64,000 nucleotides of DNA from assembly GCA_043825875.1 (NCBI GenBank), contig JBDRRF010000038.1, positions 26,830 through 90,829 on the forward strand, written 5' to 3'. The notes below the pieces were generated by a model. The model was not told where the DNA came from, made no database searches, and worked only from the letters and a program-made list of their open reading frames with translations. Numbering within the stretch: position 1 is the first letter of the stretch; each line of letters opens with the position of its first letter. A program made the translations under genes and the position numbers. Origin of the DNA: Pseudomonadota bacterium. Lineage in GTDB: Bacteria > Desulfobacterota > Desulfobacteria > Desulfobacterales > RPRI01. Shown in pieces: positions 53,170 to 64,000 of this stretch.

Positions 53170-54486
53170 TTAGAAACGCCCTTTAATTTTTGCCCCGCCT
53201 TTTTTAAGAAAACCTTCGTAATTACGGGAAATCATATGTGATTCTATCTGCGACACAGTATCAATTGCAACACCTACAACTATTAGCAAAGCAGTCCCGC
53301 CAAAATAAAACGGAACACTAAGTTTACTGATCAATATAGATGGAAGTACGCATATGGCTGAAACATAAATTGCACCTCCCAAAGTAATTCGCGTAAGTAC
53401 TTTGTCTATGTAATCGGCAGTTCTTTTTCCTGGTCTTATTCCTGGAATATAACCTCCCTGTTTTTTCATATTTTCTGCAACATCAACAGGGTTAAATGTA
53501 ATAGCCGTATAAAAATAGCAGAAGAAAATAATCATTCCTACAAAAATAATTTCATAAATCAGGCTACCCGGCGTAAGAGCTTTAGCAAAATTCTGCATCG
53601 ACTCTATTTTAATAAAGCTTGCAATAGTTGCAGGAAACATCATTATAGATGATGCAAAAATCGGAGGAATAACTCCGGACGTATTTAACTTAAGCGGCAG
53701 ATGTGTGCTCTGCCCACCGTACATTTTTCTGCCTATTATCCTTTTTGCATATTGAACAGGAATTCTCCTCTGACCCTGCTCGCAAAATATAATAACGGCA
53801 ACTACTGCTACCATAAACACCAGCAGTAAGATAGCCAGAAATATACTCATTTCACCGGTGGAAACCAGTTTGAATGTATTGGCTATAGCATTCGGCATCC
53901 GGCATATGATACCGGCAAAAATAATAAGTGATATTCCATTTCCAATACCGCGTTCTGTGATCTGCTCTCCAAGCCACATTATAAAAGCTGTTCCGGCAGT
54001 AAGTGTAATTACAGTTACCAATCTGAATCCCCAGCCCGGATCTAATACAATAGCCGCGCCGCCCGGAGAAGTCATGCTTTCAAGACCTATGCTGATACCA
54101 AAGCCCTGTATTATGCTTAATACTACTGTACCATACCGGGTATATTGGGTAATCTTTTTACGGCCCTGCTCTCCTTCCTTTGAGAGCCTTTCCAGATGCG
54201 GAACAGCAACAGTTAAAAGCTGTAAGATAATAGATGCGCTGATATAAGGCATTATACCAAGTGCAAATACGGATAATTTTTCAAATGCGCCGCCGGAAAA
54301 CATATCAAAGAGACCAAGCAAGGTTCCCTTTGCACTAGCAAAAAAAGATGCAAGAGCAACACTGTCAATGCCAGGAACCGGGACATGCACACCGATCCGG
54401 TAAACAACAATTAATGCCAGAGTTACTATTATTCTTTTTTTTAGCTCAGGTATTTTGAATATATTCTGGAAGCCGCTTCCAACCAT
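53170..54486 (-). CDS. secY: Preprotein translocase SecY
   Basis: [26 protein letters not shown]. Confidence 0.98.
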   Translation of the reverse strand: MVGSGFQNIFKIPELKKRIIVTLALIVVYRIGVHVPVPGIDSVALASFFASAKGTLLGLFDMFSGGAFEKLSVFALGIMPYISASIILQLLTVAVPHLERLSKEGEQGRKKITQYTRYGTVVLSIIQGFGISIGLESMTSPGGAAIVLDPGWGFRLVTVITLTAGTAFIMWLGEQITERGIGNGISLIIFAGIICRMPNAIANTFKLVSTGEMSIFLAILLLVFMVAVVAVIIFCEQGQRRIPVQYAKRIIGRKMYGGQSTHLPLKLNTSGVIPPIFASSIMMFPATIASFIKIESMQNFAKALTPGSLIYEIIFVGMIIFFCYFYTAITFNPVDVAENMKKQGGYIPGIRPGKRTADYIDKVLTRITLGGAIYVSAICVLPSILISKLSVPFYFGGTALLIVVGVAIDTVSQIESHMISRNYEGFLKKGGAKIKGRF

Positions 54487-54926
54487 TATATAACCTCGAT
54501 TTTACCACCGGCTTTTTCAATCTTTGCTCTTGCGCCGTTGCTTACTCCGTTAACTTTTATCGTCAATGAATAACTTATATCACCTTGCGCAAGAAGCTTT
54601 ATACCATCGTGTCTTCTCTTAACAATCCCAGAGCTTATCAGAAGATCATGATCTACTACTGATCCGCTTTCAAACTTTAAAAGATCACGTATATTAATAA
54701 TGGCAATGTCCTTCTTAAAAATATTTGTAAAGCCTACCTTGGGAAGACGCCTTTGAATAGGCATTTGCCCGCCTTCAAATCCCGGTCTAACACCTCCACC
54801 TGAACGGGCTTTATGACCTTTATGACCTTTCCCGGCAGTCTTGCCTGTTCCTGACCCCGGTCCGCGCCCAAGCCGCTTACGCGGACTTCTTGACCCCTTG
54901 GCTGGTGATAATTCATTTAGTCTCAT
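54486..54926 (-). CDS. rplO: 50S ribosomal protein L15
   Basis: [14 protein letters not shown]. Confidence 0.98.
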   Translation of the reverse strand: MRLNELSPAKGSRSPRKRLGRGPGSGTGKTAGKGHKGHKARSGGGVRPGFEGGQMPIQRRLPKVGFTNIFKKDIAIINIRDLLKFESGSVVDHDLLISSGIVKRRHDGIKLLAQGDISYSLTIKVNGVSNGARAKIEKAGGKIEVI

Positions 54927-55111
54927 CTATCTTTCTCCTCAGTCTTGACAAGATGTGATACCTTGCCGATCATGCCTCGAATAGAAGGGGTATCAATTAA
55001 CTCAACTGTTTTGTTGAGCTTTGTAAGGCCCATACCAGTCAACACTTTTCTGTGTTTTTCAGGTCGCCCTATCATGCTTTTTACAAGTGTAATTTTCAGT
55101 ATCCCAGACAT
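54923..55111 (-). CDS. rpmD: 50S ribosomal protein L30
   Basis: [15 protein letters not shown]; operon position. Confidence 0.96.
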   Translation of the reverse strand: MSGILKITLVKSMIGRPEKHRKVLTGMGLTKLNKTVELIDTPSIRGMIGKVSHLVKTEEKDR

Positions 55112-55140
55112 TTACAATATTCCCTGTTATAGCTCACTAA

Positions 55141-55635
55141 TTATAGGTCTTCTATGGTTTTACCCCGCCGCTCAGCCACCTGCTCACGGCTCTGAAGTTT
55201 TTTCAATCCGGCAATGGTCGCTTTTACGACATTATGAGGATTATGAGATCCCATGCACTTCGTAAGAACATTCTGAACACCAACAGCTTCAAGAACTGCA
55301 CGGACTGCACCACCGGCAATAAGTCCTGTACCTTTGGATGCCGGCTTTAAAAGAACACGGCCTGCCCCAAATTTACCTATAACTTCAAAAGGAATCGTTC
55401 CTTCCACTAGCGAAACGCTTACCATATTTTTCTTTGCCTGGTCTACGCCCTTACGTATAGCCTCCGGAACTTCTCCGGCTTTTCCAAGACCATAACCAAC
55501 ACTTCCTTCACCATCTCCGACAACAACGATAGCGCTGAAACTGAATCTGCGGCCACCCTTAACTACTTTGGCTACTCTGTTAATATATACTACTTTATCT
55601 ATTAACTGATTTTCGCCTGTATCTCGTTTGAACAA
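55141..55635 (-). CDS. rpsE: 30S ribosomal protein S5
   Basis: [14 protein letters not shown]. Confidence 0.98.
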   Translation of the reverse strand: MFKRDTGENQLIDKVVYINRVAKVVKGGRRFSFSAIVVVGDGEGSVGYGLGKAGEVPEAIRKGVDQAKKNMVSVSLVEGTIPFEVIGKFGAGRVLLKPASKGTGLIAGGAVRAVLEAVGVQNVLTKCMGSHNPHNVVKATIAGLKKLQSREQVAERRGKTIEDL

Positions 55636-55665
55636 GGCCCTGCCTCCTTCACTATAATTAAAAAC

Positions 55666-56034
55666 CTAGAAATCCAAACCGGCTTCACGCGCACCTTCAG
55701 ACAAAGCCTTAACGCGCCCATGATATAAAAACCCACTACGGTCGAAAACTACTTTTTTACAACCTTTTTCAATAGCACGAACACCTATGGTCTTTCCCAC
55801 CAAACTTGCAACGGAGCATTTTTTTTTCGCATCAGCTTGGCTTGTAACCGCTTTGTCAGTACTGGAAGCGGCAACAATTGTATGACCTTTTGTATCATCA
55901 ATTAATTGAGCATAAATATGCTTCGCGCTTCTAAAAACGCACAACCTGGGGCGCTCCGGTGTGCCGGACATTTTTTTTCTAATTCTTTTTTTTCTTTTTA
56001 ATCGTGCCTGATATTTGATATCTGTTGACCCCAT
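55666..56034 (-). CDS. rplR: 50S ribosomal protein L18
   Basis: [14 protein letters not shown]; start MGSTD. Confidence 0.97.
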   Translation of the reverse strand: MGSTDIKYQARLKRKKRIRKKMSGTPERPRLCVFRSAKHIYAQLIDDTKGHTIVAASSTDKAVTSQADAKKKCSVASLVGKTIGVRAIEKGCKKVVFDRSGFLYHGRVKALSEGAREAGLDF

Positions 56035-56119
56035 ATTTATATTTCCTTGTTTTATCAACGATTATGAGATCGAAACGCTTATTTCTTTCATCATCAAATC
56101 GCAAAATATAAAACTATAA

Positions 56120-56659
56120 TTATTTAGTTCCCGTTTTCCCTGCTTTCTTGCGTATTTTTTCCTCAGCGTATTTTATTCCCTTACCCTTGTAAGACTCAGG
56201 GGGCTTTAATCTTCTTATTGTTGCAGCAGCCAATCCAAGTTTTTGTTTGTTAATTCCTGAAAGCTTGATAACCGTGTTTTTTTCAATTGCAGCAGTAATC
56301 CCCTCAGGAAGATCAAAAACAACAGGATGTGAAAATCCAAGATTTAGTATTATGCTTTTATCTTTGAGTTCAGCTCGATATCCTATACCGTGTATTTCAA
56401 GAATCCGCTCAAATCCTTTATTAACTCCGGTTATCATATTACTGACAAGGCTTCTCGTCATGCCATGCAAAGCATTTCCTGTCTTATTATCTAAACTTGT
56501 TGATACAGTAATAATACCATTTTCAATATTCAAATGTATATCCGGATGGATCGTCTGGGTGAGAGAACCCTTTTCTCCCTCAACGGTTATTACTTTATCC
56601 TCATATAATATTTTAGTCTTATCAGGAACCTGAATCGGTTTTTTTCCTACGCGAGACAT
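56120..56659 (-). CDS. rplF: 50S ribosomal protein L6
   Basis: MSRVGKKPI, YKGKGI. Confidence 0.98.
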   Translation of the reverse strand: MSRVGKKPIQVPDKTKILYEDKVITVEGEKGSLTQTIHPDIHLNIENGIITVSTSLDNKTGNALHGMTRSLVSNMITGVNKGFERILEIHGIGYRAELKDKSIILNLGFSHPVVFDLPEGITAAIEKNTVIKLSGINKQKLGLAAATIRRLKPPESYKGKGIKYAEEKIRKKAGKTGTK

Positions 56660-56691
56660 CTGTTACTCCTATATTCTTACCGGATATTATC

Positions 56692-57090
56692 TTACCAAAT
56701 TTTACAGAGGACTTCGCCCCCCAAATTTTCCTTAGCAGCTTTTTTATCAGTCATTACACCTTTTGAAGTGGACAAAACAGCAACACCCATCCCATTTAGA
56801 ATCGGCTTTATTTTATTGCTTTTTACATATGTTCTGCGTCCCGGCTTGCTGACCATTTCTATCCCGTAAATAGCACTGCTCTGATTCTGACCGTACTTAA
56901 GATAAACCCGCAAAATACCCTGTTTATCATCTTTTATATATTTGTAGTTTTTTATAAAACCCTCGTTTTTGAAAACTCTGGCCAACTCGGCTTTCAACTT
57001 CGAGGCGGGTATATCAACGCTGTTTAATTTTGCCTTTCCGGCATTCCTTATCCGAGTTAACATATCCGCAATTGGATCAATTATTGCCAT
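56692..57090 (-). CDS. rpsH: 30S ribosomal protein S8
   Basis: DPIADMLTRIRNA, STSKG. Confidence 0.98.
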   Translation of the reverse strand: MAIIDPIADMLTRIRNAGKAKLNSVDIPASKLKAELARVFKNEGFIKNYKYIKDDKQGILRVYLKYGQNQSSAIYGIEMVSKPGRRTYVKSNKIKPILNGMGVAVLSTSKGVMTDKKAAKENLGGEVLCKIW

Positions 57091-57149
57091 TCTTCTCTCC
57101 GATCTTTATAAACATATAAACCAAAAACCACCCCGAAAGAACCCATCTT

Positions 57150-57335
57150 TCACCAACTAGATTTGGTAACTCCAGGAAGTTTGCCTGCTGAGGCAAGATC
57201 TCTAAAACAAATACGGCAAATTCCAAACTTTCTGATAAACCCACGAGGTCTACCACAAATCGGACATCTGTTATAAGCCCTTACATCAAACTTAGGTTTT
57301 TCCTTCGCTTTATTTCTTAGCGCCTGCTTCGCCAA
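57150..57335 (-). CDS. rpsN: 30S ribosomal protein S14 (zinc-binding type Z)
   Basis: RCPICGR, CRICFR, KSSW. Confidence 0.97.
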   Translation of the reverse strand: MAKQALRNKAKEKPKFDVRAYNRCPICGRPRGFIRKFGICRICFRDLASAGKLPGVTKSSW

Positions 57336-57447
57336 CTCATCCTCCTTGAGACCTTATTACAAAAGAATGTTTTCAAAGGTCTGTAATTATGTCTTTCATG
57401 TCGATATCTTAAGCTTTTTATTTTGCCGTTTATGACATTAATTTTAA

Positions 57448-57987
57448 TTAATTTTTAAATGGCACTCCAAGAAGTTTTAATAGCTCTTTTCCCTCTTTAT
57501 CGGTCGTTGCAGAAGTCACAACACAAATATTTAACCCTTTAATTTTTTCTATCTTATCGTAGTCAATTTCCGGGAAAATTATATGTTCTTTAATACCTAA
57601 TGTATAATTTCCAGAACCATCAAACGCTTTGCCGGATACTCCCCTGAAATCTCTTACCCGTGGGAGTGTAATATTTACAAGCTTGTCAAAGAAATCATAC
57701 ATACGATCTTTTCTAAGTGTAACCATACAGCCGATAGGCATACCTGCCCTTAATTTGAAAGCGGCGATTGATTTTTTTGCTCTGGTAATAACAGGTTTCT
57801 GGCCTGTTATAATTTTCAGTTCCTCAACTGCAGAATCAAGCAGTTTAATATTATGAATTGCTTCTCCAAGACCAATATTAACCACAACTTTTTCTATTTT
57901 CGGAACCTGCATTCTGTTCTTATACTGAAAGGTTTCAATCAGTTTAGGAACAACATCTTCATTGTAATATTGTTTTAGCCGTGCCAT
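57448..57987 (-). CDS. rplE: 50S ribosomal protein L5
   Basis: [14 protein letters not shown]. Confidence 0.98.
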   Translation of the reverse strand: MARLKQYYNEDVVPKLIETFQYKNRMQVPKIEKVVVNIGLGEAIHNIKLLDSAVEELKIITGQKPVITRAKKSIAAFKLRAGMPIGCMVTLRKDRMYDFFDKLVNITLPRVRDFRGVSGKAFDGSGNYTLGIKEHIIFPEIDYDKIEKIKGLNICVVTSATTDKEGKELLKLLGVPFKN

Positions 57988-58024
57988 TATTTTCCTTTCA
58001 AAAACAAAAACCCTTTATCTGACA

Positions 58025-58351
58025 CTATTTATCAATTATCTCGCTACACTTTGGGCAAACGCGGACTTTTTTTTCATTTTCGAGATATTGCTTCTTAATG
58101 CGAACAGGCTTGATACAGCTGTTGCACATCAACATAGCATTTGACACATGAATCGGAGCTTCAACGGAAATTATTCCGCCCTGCCTGTTCTTTGCAGAGG
58201 GTTTAGAATGCCGCTTTATTATATTAACATTCTCAACAACAATTCTGTTGTCTTTTTTTACTACTTTGACAACCTTGCCTATTTTGCCCCTATCCTTGCC
58301 GGCAATTATCTTAACCTTGTCATCTTTCTTAATACTTATCATATTTACCAT
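58025..58351 (-). CDS. rplX: 50S ribosomal protein L24
   Basis: KOW motif IAGKDRGKIG, EAPIHVSN; exact start uncertain. Confidence 0.96.
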   Translation of the reverse strand: MVNMISIKKDDKVKIIAGKDRGKIGKVVKVVKKDNRIVVENVNIIKRHSKPSAKNRQGGIISVEAPIHVSNAMLMCNSCIKPVRIKKQYLENEKKVRVCPKCSEIIDK

Positions 58352-58379
58352 AAACCACTTCTCCACGAACGGGATTATA

Positions 58380-58748
58380 CTATAATACTTCCGGAGCCAA
58401 CGAAATGATTTTCATAAATTTTTTCGCTCTGAGTTCTCTTGCAACAGGCCCAAAAATTCGTGTTCCAATCGGTTCTTTGCTGGCTGAAATCAATACAGCC
58501 GAATTATCGTCAAATCTTATATAAGATCCGTCCGGCCTTTTTATTTCTTTTTTGGTGCGCACTACAACCGCTTTAAGCACCTCACCTTTTTTTACCTTGG
58601 AATTAGGAATCGCTTCTTTCACAGTAACGACAATAATATCGCCAATACTGGCATAACGCCTTCTTGAACCACCAAGGACTTTAATGCAATAAACAACTTT
58701 CGCACCGGAGTTATCGGCTACCGTCAACCTCGTCTCTGCCTGAATCAT
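58380..58748 (-). CDS. rplN: 50S ribosomal protein L14
   Basis: [15 protein letters not shown]. Confidence 0.98.
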   Translation of the reverse strand: MIQAETRLTVADNSGAKVVYCIKVLGGSRRRYASIGDIIVVTVKEAIPNSKVKKGEVLKAVVVRTKKEIKRPDGSYIRFDDNSAVLISASKEPIGTRIFGPVARELRAKKFMKIISLAPEVL

Positions 58749-58766
58749 TGTAATTTTCCTCTAAAA

Positions 58767-59036
58767 TCAAACAGCTTTTTCAACTATCTCGCTGATACGC
58801 CATCTTTTTGACTTGCTTAAAGGCCTGGATTCGGTGATCAAGACCTTATCTCCGGCTTTGCAAGAATTTTTTTCATCATGAGCGGCAAATTTAGTCCGTC
58901 TTCTTATATACTTATGGTAAAATTTATGTTTGACCAGTCTTTCAACCTGGACAACAACCGTTTTATCCATCTTGTCGCTTACAACAGTTCCGACCATTTG
59001 TCTTTTTATTCCTCTTTTATTCATGGCAGCAATCAT
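58767..59036 (-). CDS. rpsQ: 30S ribosomal protein S17
   Basis: [16 protein letters not shown]. Confidence 0.97.
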   Translation of the reverse strand: MIAAMNKRGIKRQMVGTVVSDKMDKTVVVQVERLVKHKFYHKYIRRRTKFAAHDEKNSCKAGDKVLITESRPLSKSKRWRISEIVEKAV

Positions 59037-59239
59037 TCTTTATCTTTGTTTGTGAGTTCAAATTCCCGAATAATAGTCTTTATTCGTGCAATTTCGAGCT
59101 TATTAAGCTTCAACTTGCCGGGACTTTCAAGCTGACCGATTCCATGCTGAAAGCGCAGATTAAACAGACCTTCTTGCATCTCACTTAATTTATTTAAACG
59201 CTCTTCCTGGCTAAGATCTCTTATTTCACTCGCTTTCAT
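59033..59239 (-). CDS. rpmC: 50S ribosomal protein L29
   Basis: LFNLRFQ, IARIKT. Confidence 0.97.
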   Translation of the reverse strand: MKASEIRDLSQEERLNKLSEMQEGLFNLRFQHGIGQLESPGKLKLNKLEIARIKTIIREFELTNKDKE

Positions 59240-59240
59240 C

Positions 59241-59654
59241 TTATATATTACTCCTGTCTATGATTCTTGTTTTCACAGAAAGTTTATGTGATGCAAGTCT
59301 CAACGCCTCCCTGGCAAGATCCCTTGAAATACCTTCCATCTCATATAGTATTCTCCCGGGACGAATGATTGCAACCCAACCTTCAGGGGCACCTTTTCCC
59401 TTGCCCATTCTAACTTCAGCAGGTTTTTTTGTAAAAGGCTTATCTGGAAAAATTCTTATCCACATTTTGCCGCCTCTCTTTACATGCCTTGTGATAGCAA
59501 TACGGGCAGCTTCAATTTCCTTGGAACTGATTTTACCACATTCTATCGCCTGCAATCCATATTCGCCGAAATTCAAACTCGACCCACGGTCTGCAATACC
59601 TTTCATTCTTCCTTTTTGCTGTTTTCTGAATTTAACTTTTTTGGGGCTCAGCAT
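59241..59654 (-). CDS. rplP: 50S ribosomal protein L16
   Basis: RMGKGKG. Confidence 0.98.
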   Translation of the reverse strand: MLSPKKVKFRKQQKGRMKGIADRGSSLNFGEYGLQAIECGKISSKEIEAARIAITRHVKRGGKMWIRIFPDKPFTKKPAEVRMGKGKGAPEGWVAIIRPGRILYEMEGISRDLAREALRLASHKLSVKTRIIDRSNI

Positions 59655-59674
59655 CTGATTTTCTCTCCCGCAGG

Positions 59675-60328
59675 TTAATTTTTACCCGCTTCAATTTGAT
59701 CCTTTCCAAGGATCTCTCCTTTAAAAACAAAAACTTTTATGCCTATTATTCCATAGGTTGTCAGAGCTTCAGTAAAGCCGTAATCAATATCGGCTCTTAA
59801 GGTGTGCAGTGGAACACGACCTTCACGGTACCACTCCCTCCTTGCCATTTCTGCTCCCCCAAGCCGTCCGGAACATATAATTTTAACACCCATTGCACCA
59901 AATCTCATGGCCGATGCAACCCCACGTTTCATAGCTCTTCTGAAAGCTACCCTTTTTATAATCTGCTGAGCAACACTTTCGGCAATTAACTGGGCATCTA
60001 TTTCAGGCTTTCTTACTTCCTGAATGTCTATCAGTACTTCATGAGATATCTGTTTCTCAAGCTCCTGCTTAAGCAACAGTATTTCCGAACCTTTTTTGCC
60101 TATTATTATACCGGGCCTTGATGCATAAATCCGGAGTCTTACCCGCTTGGATGACCTTTCAATTTCAATCCTTGATATGCCAGCACTATTAAGCTTCTTT
60201 TTCAAGAACTTCCGAATATTGGAATCTTCCAGTATATAATCGGCATAATTTTTGCCGGCGTACCATCTTGATTCCCATGTTTTTACTATACCCAATCTAA
60301 GCCCAATAGGATTTACTTTCTGACCCAA
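59675..60328 (-). CDS. rpsC: 30S ribosomal protein S3
   Basis: [22 protein letters not shown]. Confidence 0.98.
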   Translation of the reverse strand: MGQKVNPIGLRLGIVKTWESRWYAGKNYADYILEDSNIRKFLKKKLNSAGISRIEIERSSKRVRLRIYASRPGIIIGKKGSEILLLKQELEKQISHEVLIDIQEVRKPEIDAQLIAESVAQQIIKRVAFRRAMKRGVASAMRFGAMGVKIICSGRLGGAEMARREWYREGRVPLHTLRADIDYGFTEALTTYGIIGIKVFVFKGEILGKDQIEAGKN

Positions 60329-60343
60329 GCTTTTTCCTCCTTT

Positions 60344-60682
60344 TTAAGACGAACTGTCCGCCAAAGTTACAGTAATATGTGTAGTTCTTTTAAGTATGCG
60401 TGTTCCTCTGCCGCGTGCTCTTGCTGCAAATCGTTTCAATGTTGGACCGCTGTCTGCAACAACATTGCTAACAACTAAGGAATCAACATCCATATTTGCG
60501 TTTTGATTAGCATTAGCAACAGCAGATCTTATTATCTTTTCAAGTATTCCTGCAGATTTTTGCGGCATGAATTTAAGTTCATTCAAAACTGCCTCAACCT
60601 TTTTCCCCTTCACCGCACCAACCAATTTTCGAACTTTCTGAGGGGAAATTCGCATATATCTTGCTAACGTCTTGACCTCCAT
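60344..60682 (-). CDS. rplV: 50S ribosomal protein L22
   Basis: SPQKVR, RARGR. Confidence 0.98.
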   Translation of the reverse strand: MEVKTLARYMRISPQKVRKLVGAVKGKKVEAVLNELKFMPQKSAGILEKIIRSAVANANQNANMDVDSLVVSNVVADSGPTLKRFAARARGRGTRILKRTTHITVTLADSSS

Positions 60683-60704
60683 AGCAATTATTCCTTTTTC
60701 TCTC

Positions 60705-60986
60705 TTACTTCTTCAGTTTAGTTTTCTTATCACCCGCATGTCCGTAAAAAGTCCTTGTTGGAGAAAACTCTCCAAGCTTGTGCCCAACCATATTTTCTGA
60801 AATAAAAACCGGGATAAACTTTTTCCCGTTATGAACAGCCATTGTGGCTCCAACCATTTCAGGAATAATAGTTGAACGCCTTGACCATGTTTTTATAACT
60901 TTGGCACCCCGACTTTCACTAACAGTCATAACTTTTTTTAATAAACTTTGTTCTATGTATGGACCTTTTTTTAACGACCTTGGCAT
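60705..60986 (-). CDS. rpsS: 30S ribosomal protein S19
   Basis: [16 protein letters not shown]. Confidence 0.98.
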   Translation of the reverse strand: MPRSLKKGPYIEQSLLKKVMTVSESRGAKVIKTWSRRSTIIPEMVGATMAVHNGKKFIPVFISENMVGHKLGEFSPTRTFYGHAGDKKTKLKK

Positions 60987-61053
60987 ATATTCTCCTGCAA
61001 AATAAAATATAGCTTACCTTTAATAAGATATAGAAGATAAATAACGCCTGACT

Positions 61054-61881
61054 TTATTTCTGTGTGCGCTTTTTTACTATATAAGAATTTGTTTTTTTAT
61101 TCTTTCGTGTTTTATATCCTTTTGTCGGCATACCCCATGGACTGCAAGGATGACGTCCACCCGATGATCTGCCTTCTCCTCCACCCATCGGATGATCAAC
61201 AGGGTTCATAGCAACTCCTCTGACTTTCGGCCTTCTTCCAAGCCATCGTTTTCGTCCGGCTTTACCGATGGATATATTCTCATGAACAACATTGCCAAGC
61301 TGCCCTATCGTTGCCCTACAGTTCAAAAGCACCATCCTGACTTCTCCTGATGGCAATTTTACCAGAGCATACTTATCTTCTTTCGCCATAAGCTGAGCAA
61401 ATGTACCGGCGCTTCTTACTATCTGGCCGCCTTTACCTATACGCAGTTCAATATTGTGTATATGAGTACCTAACGGTATACTGTTCAATGGCAGTGAGTT
61501 GCCCGGTTTAATATCAGCATCCGGACCGGATATAACAGTATCATCAACATTAAGATTCAAGGGAGCAAGAATATAGCGTTTTTCCCCATCAATATAATGA
61601 AGCAGTGCAATTCTGGCAGTCCTGTTTGGATCATACTCAATTGCCGCAACCCTTGCAGGAATCCCTGTTTTATCCCGCTTAAAATCAATTATCCTGTAAT
61701 GCCTCTTACTTCCACCACCAATGTGTCTGCTGGTAATACGACCATGAACGTTACGGCCCCCACTTTTATTTAAGGCCTTGACCAGGCTTTTCTCCGGTTT
61801 TGAGCGAGTAATTTCCTCAAATGATGAATAAACCTGGAAGCGTCTTCCGGGAGATGTTGGTTTTACTTTCTTTACAGCCAT
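61054..61881 (-). CDS. rplB: 50S ribosomal protein L2
   Basis: [16 protein letters not shown]. Confidence 0.98.
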   Translation of the reverse strand: MAVKKVKPTSPGRRFQVYSSFEEITRSKPEKSLVKALNKSGGRNVHGRITSRHIGGGSKRHYRIIDFKRDKTGIPARVAAIEYDPNRTARIALLHYIDGEKRYILAPLNLNVDDTVISGPDADIKPGNSLPLNSIPLGTHIHNIELRIGKGGQIVRSAGTFAQLMAKEDKYALVKLPSGEVRMVLLNCRATIGQLGNVVHENISIGKAGRKRWLGRRPKVRGVAMNPVDHPMGGGEGRSSGGRHPCSPWGMPTKGYKTRKNKKTNSYIVKKRTQK

Positions 61882-61896
61882 GCTATACTCCTAAAT

Positions 61897-62184
61897 CTAT
61901 ACCCCTTCAAAAAATTCAATACGCTCACCAGGCATGAGTTTGACAACAGCCTTTTTGTAATCATTACGTTTTCCAAGGATTCTGCCCCTGCGTTTGAATT
62001 TTCCCATAACCTGAATCGTTTTTACACCAGCTACTTTAACCTTAAAAATATCTTCGACCGCTTTTTTAATTTCGACCCTGTTTGCTTTACGGTCAACTTC
62101 AAAAGTAATCTGGTTGGCTAACTCTTTTTGAATCGTGCTTTTTTCAGTAATCAAAGGCCTTTTTATAATATCGTAACGAATCAT
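61897..62184 (-). CDS. rplW: 50S ribosomal protein L23
   Basis: PLITEKS, KKAVV. Confidence 0.97.
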   Translation of the reverse strand: MIRYDIIKRPLITEKSTIQKELANQITFEVDRKANRVEIKKAVEDIFKVKVAGVKTIQVMGKFKRRGRILGKRNDYKKAVVKLMPGERIEFFEGV

Positions 62185-62804
62185 GCCGATAACCTCCCTT
62201 CAATACCTTTTATTGAAGACTCAAGCAAAATAAGTTTTTCGTACTTCAAGATATCATAAACATTTAAGCCTTCGAATCTCATTACCTTAATATCAGGTAC
62301 ATTCCTCGAAGAAAGTTCAAGGCTTTCATTTGTTTTTTCTGTAACAATCAATGCTTTTTTGACCTTAAGAATGTCAAGAACAGAAATAAAACTTTTTGTT
62401 TTTGCTTTCTCAAGTTCAAATTTATCAAGGACAAGAATATTATTATTAATTATCTTGCTGCTCAACGCCATCTTAAGAGCAAGTTTTTTTATTTTCTTGG
62501 GAACTTTGTAAGAATAAGATCTTGGATCGGGCCCAAATATCGAACCTCCTCCTCTTAACAAGGGGGATTTGATATCACCTCTACGCGCCCTGCCGGTTCC
62601 TTTTTGCCGAAAAAGTTTTCTTGTACTACCCCTGACATCGCTGCGATGTTTTACAGAAGCACTGCCTGCACGTTTACAGGCAAGCTGCATAGTAACAACT
62701 TCATGCAGCACACTGGATTTAACAGGAATATTAAATATACTCTCTGCAAGCTCAAGCTGCGAAACTTTTTCCCCGTTTAAATTGTAAACATCTATAAGTG
62801 ACAT
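62181..62804 (-). CDS. rplD: 50S ribosomal protein L4
   Basis: RQKGTGRAR. Confidence 0.98.
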   Translation of the reverse strand: MSLIDVYNLNGEKVSQLELAESIFNIPVKSSVLHEVVTMQLACKRAGSASVKHRSDVRGSTRKLFRQKGTGRARRGDIKSPLLRGGGSIFGPDPRSYSYKVPKKIKKLALKMALSSKIINNNILVLDKFELEKAKTKSFISVLDILKVKKALIVTEKTNESLELSSRNVPDIKVMRFEGLNVYDILKYEKLILLESSIKGIEGRLSA

Positions 62805-62860
62805 AATCTATCCGTCCTAATCAATTTGCTTTTTAACTCTTTATCCTAAAGCAAAATTCA

Positions 62861-63502
62861 TCATGCTAATTTATCTAAAATATTTGGCTTTAAGACAGAA
62901 ATCAGGCCTGATTTTGGCCCCGGCACAGCTCCTTTAAGCAATATTAAATTATCGTTTTCCCTGATATCAATGATCTCTAAATTCCGCATAGTCTGCTTTG
63001 TGCATCCATAATGGCCCGGAAGTTTTTTGCCTTTAAAAACCCTTGAAGGCCAAGCACTCGCACCTATAGAACCTGGAATTCTATGGCTGTGACTACCATG
63101 CGTTTTCCTTCCGCCGGCAAATCCATGCCTTTTAATTACACCGGCAAAACCCCTTCCTTTTATGATACCTGTTACATGCACCAAATCGCCGACATTAAAC
63201 ATTTCTACATTTAATACCTGGCCCAACTTATACTCTTCCGGGTTTTCAACAGAAAACTCACGAATGTATTCACAGGATTCAACTCCGCCTTTTTTTAATT
63301 GACCTTTAACCGGCTTATTAATACGCGTTTGCTTTTTTTCACCAAAGGCAACCTGAAGCGCATTATAACCATCTGTTTCATTGGTCTTTATCTGGGTTAC
63401 CACACATGGCCCGACCTTTAATACAGTTACCGGCACACATTTTCCTTCTGAAGAAAAAGTGACAGTCATCCCTAATTTCTTACCTATCAATCCTCTACAC
63501 AT
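62861..63502 (-). CDS. rplC: 50S ribosomal protein L3
   Basis: GKKLGMT, KGRGFAG, PGSIG. Confidence 0.98.
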   Translation of the reverse strand: MCRGLIGKKLGMTVTFSSEGKCVPVTVLKVGPCVVTQIKTNETDGYNALQVAFGEKKQTRINKPVKGQLKKGGVESCEYIREFSVENPEEYKLGQVLNVEMFNVGDLVHVTGIIKGRGFAGVIKRHGFAGGRKTHGSHSHRIPGSIGASAWPSRVFKGKKLPGHYGCTKQTMRNLEIIDIRENDNLILLKGAVPGPKSGLISVLKPNILDKLA

Positions 63503-63522
63503 AGCTATTACCGTTTCCTACG

Positions 63523-63834
63523 CTATAGTTTTATCTCGACATCCACTCCCGGAGAAAGGTCAAGTTTCATCAGGGCGTCAACTGTCTGCTGCGTTGGGTC
63601 TATAATATCGAGTAACCTTTTATGTGTTCTCATTTCAAACTGCTCTCTTGATTTCTTATCAATATGAGGTGAACGTAGAACACAATATTTATTTATTCTT
63701 GTCGGCAACGGAATCGGCCCGATAACCTTCGCACCGGTCTTATTTGCTGTATCAACAATATCTGATGCCGACTGATCCAACAGCTTATGATCATAAGCTT
63801 TAAGCTTGATCCTGATCTTGGTGTTCATTATCAT
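63523..63834 (-). CDS. rpsJ: 30S ribosomal protein S10
   Basis: [22 protein letters not shown]. Confidence 0.98.
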   Translation of the reverse strand: MIMNTKIRIKLKAYDHKLLDQSASDIVDTANKTGAKVIGPIPLPTRINKYCVLRSPHIDKKSREQFEMRTHKRLLDIIDPTQQTVDALMKLDLSPGVDVEIKL

Positions 63835-63849
63835 AAGTTATCTTTCTTT

Positions 63850-64000
63850 TTATCCTATAATATTGCTTACAACTCCTGCACCGACCGTCCGTCCGCCTTC
63901 CCTTATCGCAAACCGAAGCTCTGTCTCCATTGCTATAGGAGTTATCAACTCCGCCGATATCGCTACATTGTCTCCGGGCATTATCATCTCTATCCCTTCG
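63850..64000 (-). CDS. tuf: Elongation factor Tu, 3' end
   Basis: [11 protein letters not shown]...[17 protein letters not shown], stop at 63850-63852. Confidence 0.97.
   Translation of the reverse strand, partial: EGIEMIMPGDNVAISAELITPIAMETELRFAIREGGRTVGAGVVSNIIG

Noticed and set aside
22188..63605. Many antisense ORFs overlapping housekeeping genes (e.g. 22188, 28045, 35686, 48770, 59260)
   Set aside because: Shadows of well-supported genes on the opposite strand, with no recognisable motifs

Overview
AT-rich bacterial window; ribosomal-protein sequences, gene order and VPLPA/PEP-CTERM proteins suggest a Desulfobacterales-like deltaproteobacterium (inference). 1-18.8 kb is an accessory exopolysaccharide locus: Wzy-like gene, two pyruvyl-transferase/FrhB-like Fe-S pairs, flippase, GT2, putative glycoside hydrolase, galE and three VPLPA-CTERM proteins. 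It is interrupted by toxin-antitoxin cassettes separated by shared repeat motifs, two IS3 remnants and two MITE families. 19-33 kb holds an acyl-CoA ligase-esterase fusion, P-type ATPase, gltX, a CoA ligase, aroE/aroK and a binding-protein/porin/MCP operon. 33-48.7 kb holds the nusB-rib-nrdR-glyA-rpiB-acpP-fabG-rpmF block with an unusual fab segment, plus signalling genes. 48.7-64 kb is the S10-spc-alpha ribosomal superoperon and the 3' end of tuf. The most unusual signal is a five-copy hairpin MITE (17-bp TIR, 4-bp TSD) that carries zero, one or two nested copies of a 22-27 nt mini-hairpin unit. That unit also occurs free-standing and may be a tiny mobile element in its own right.
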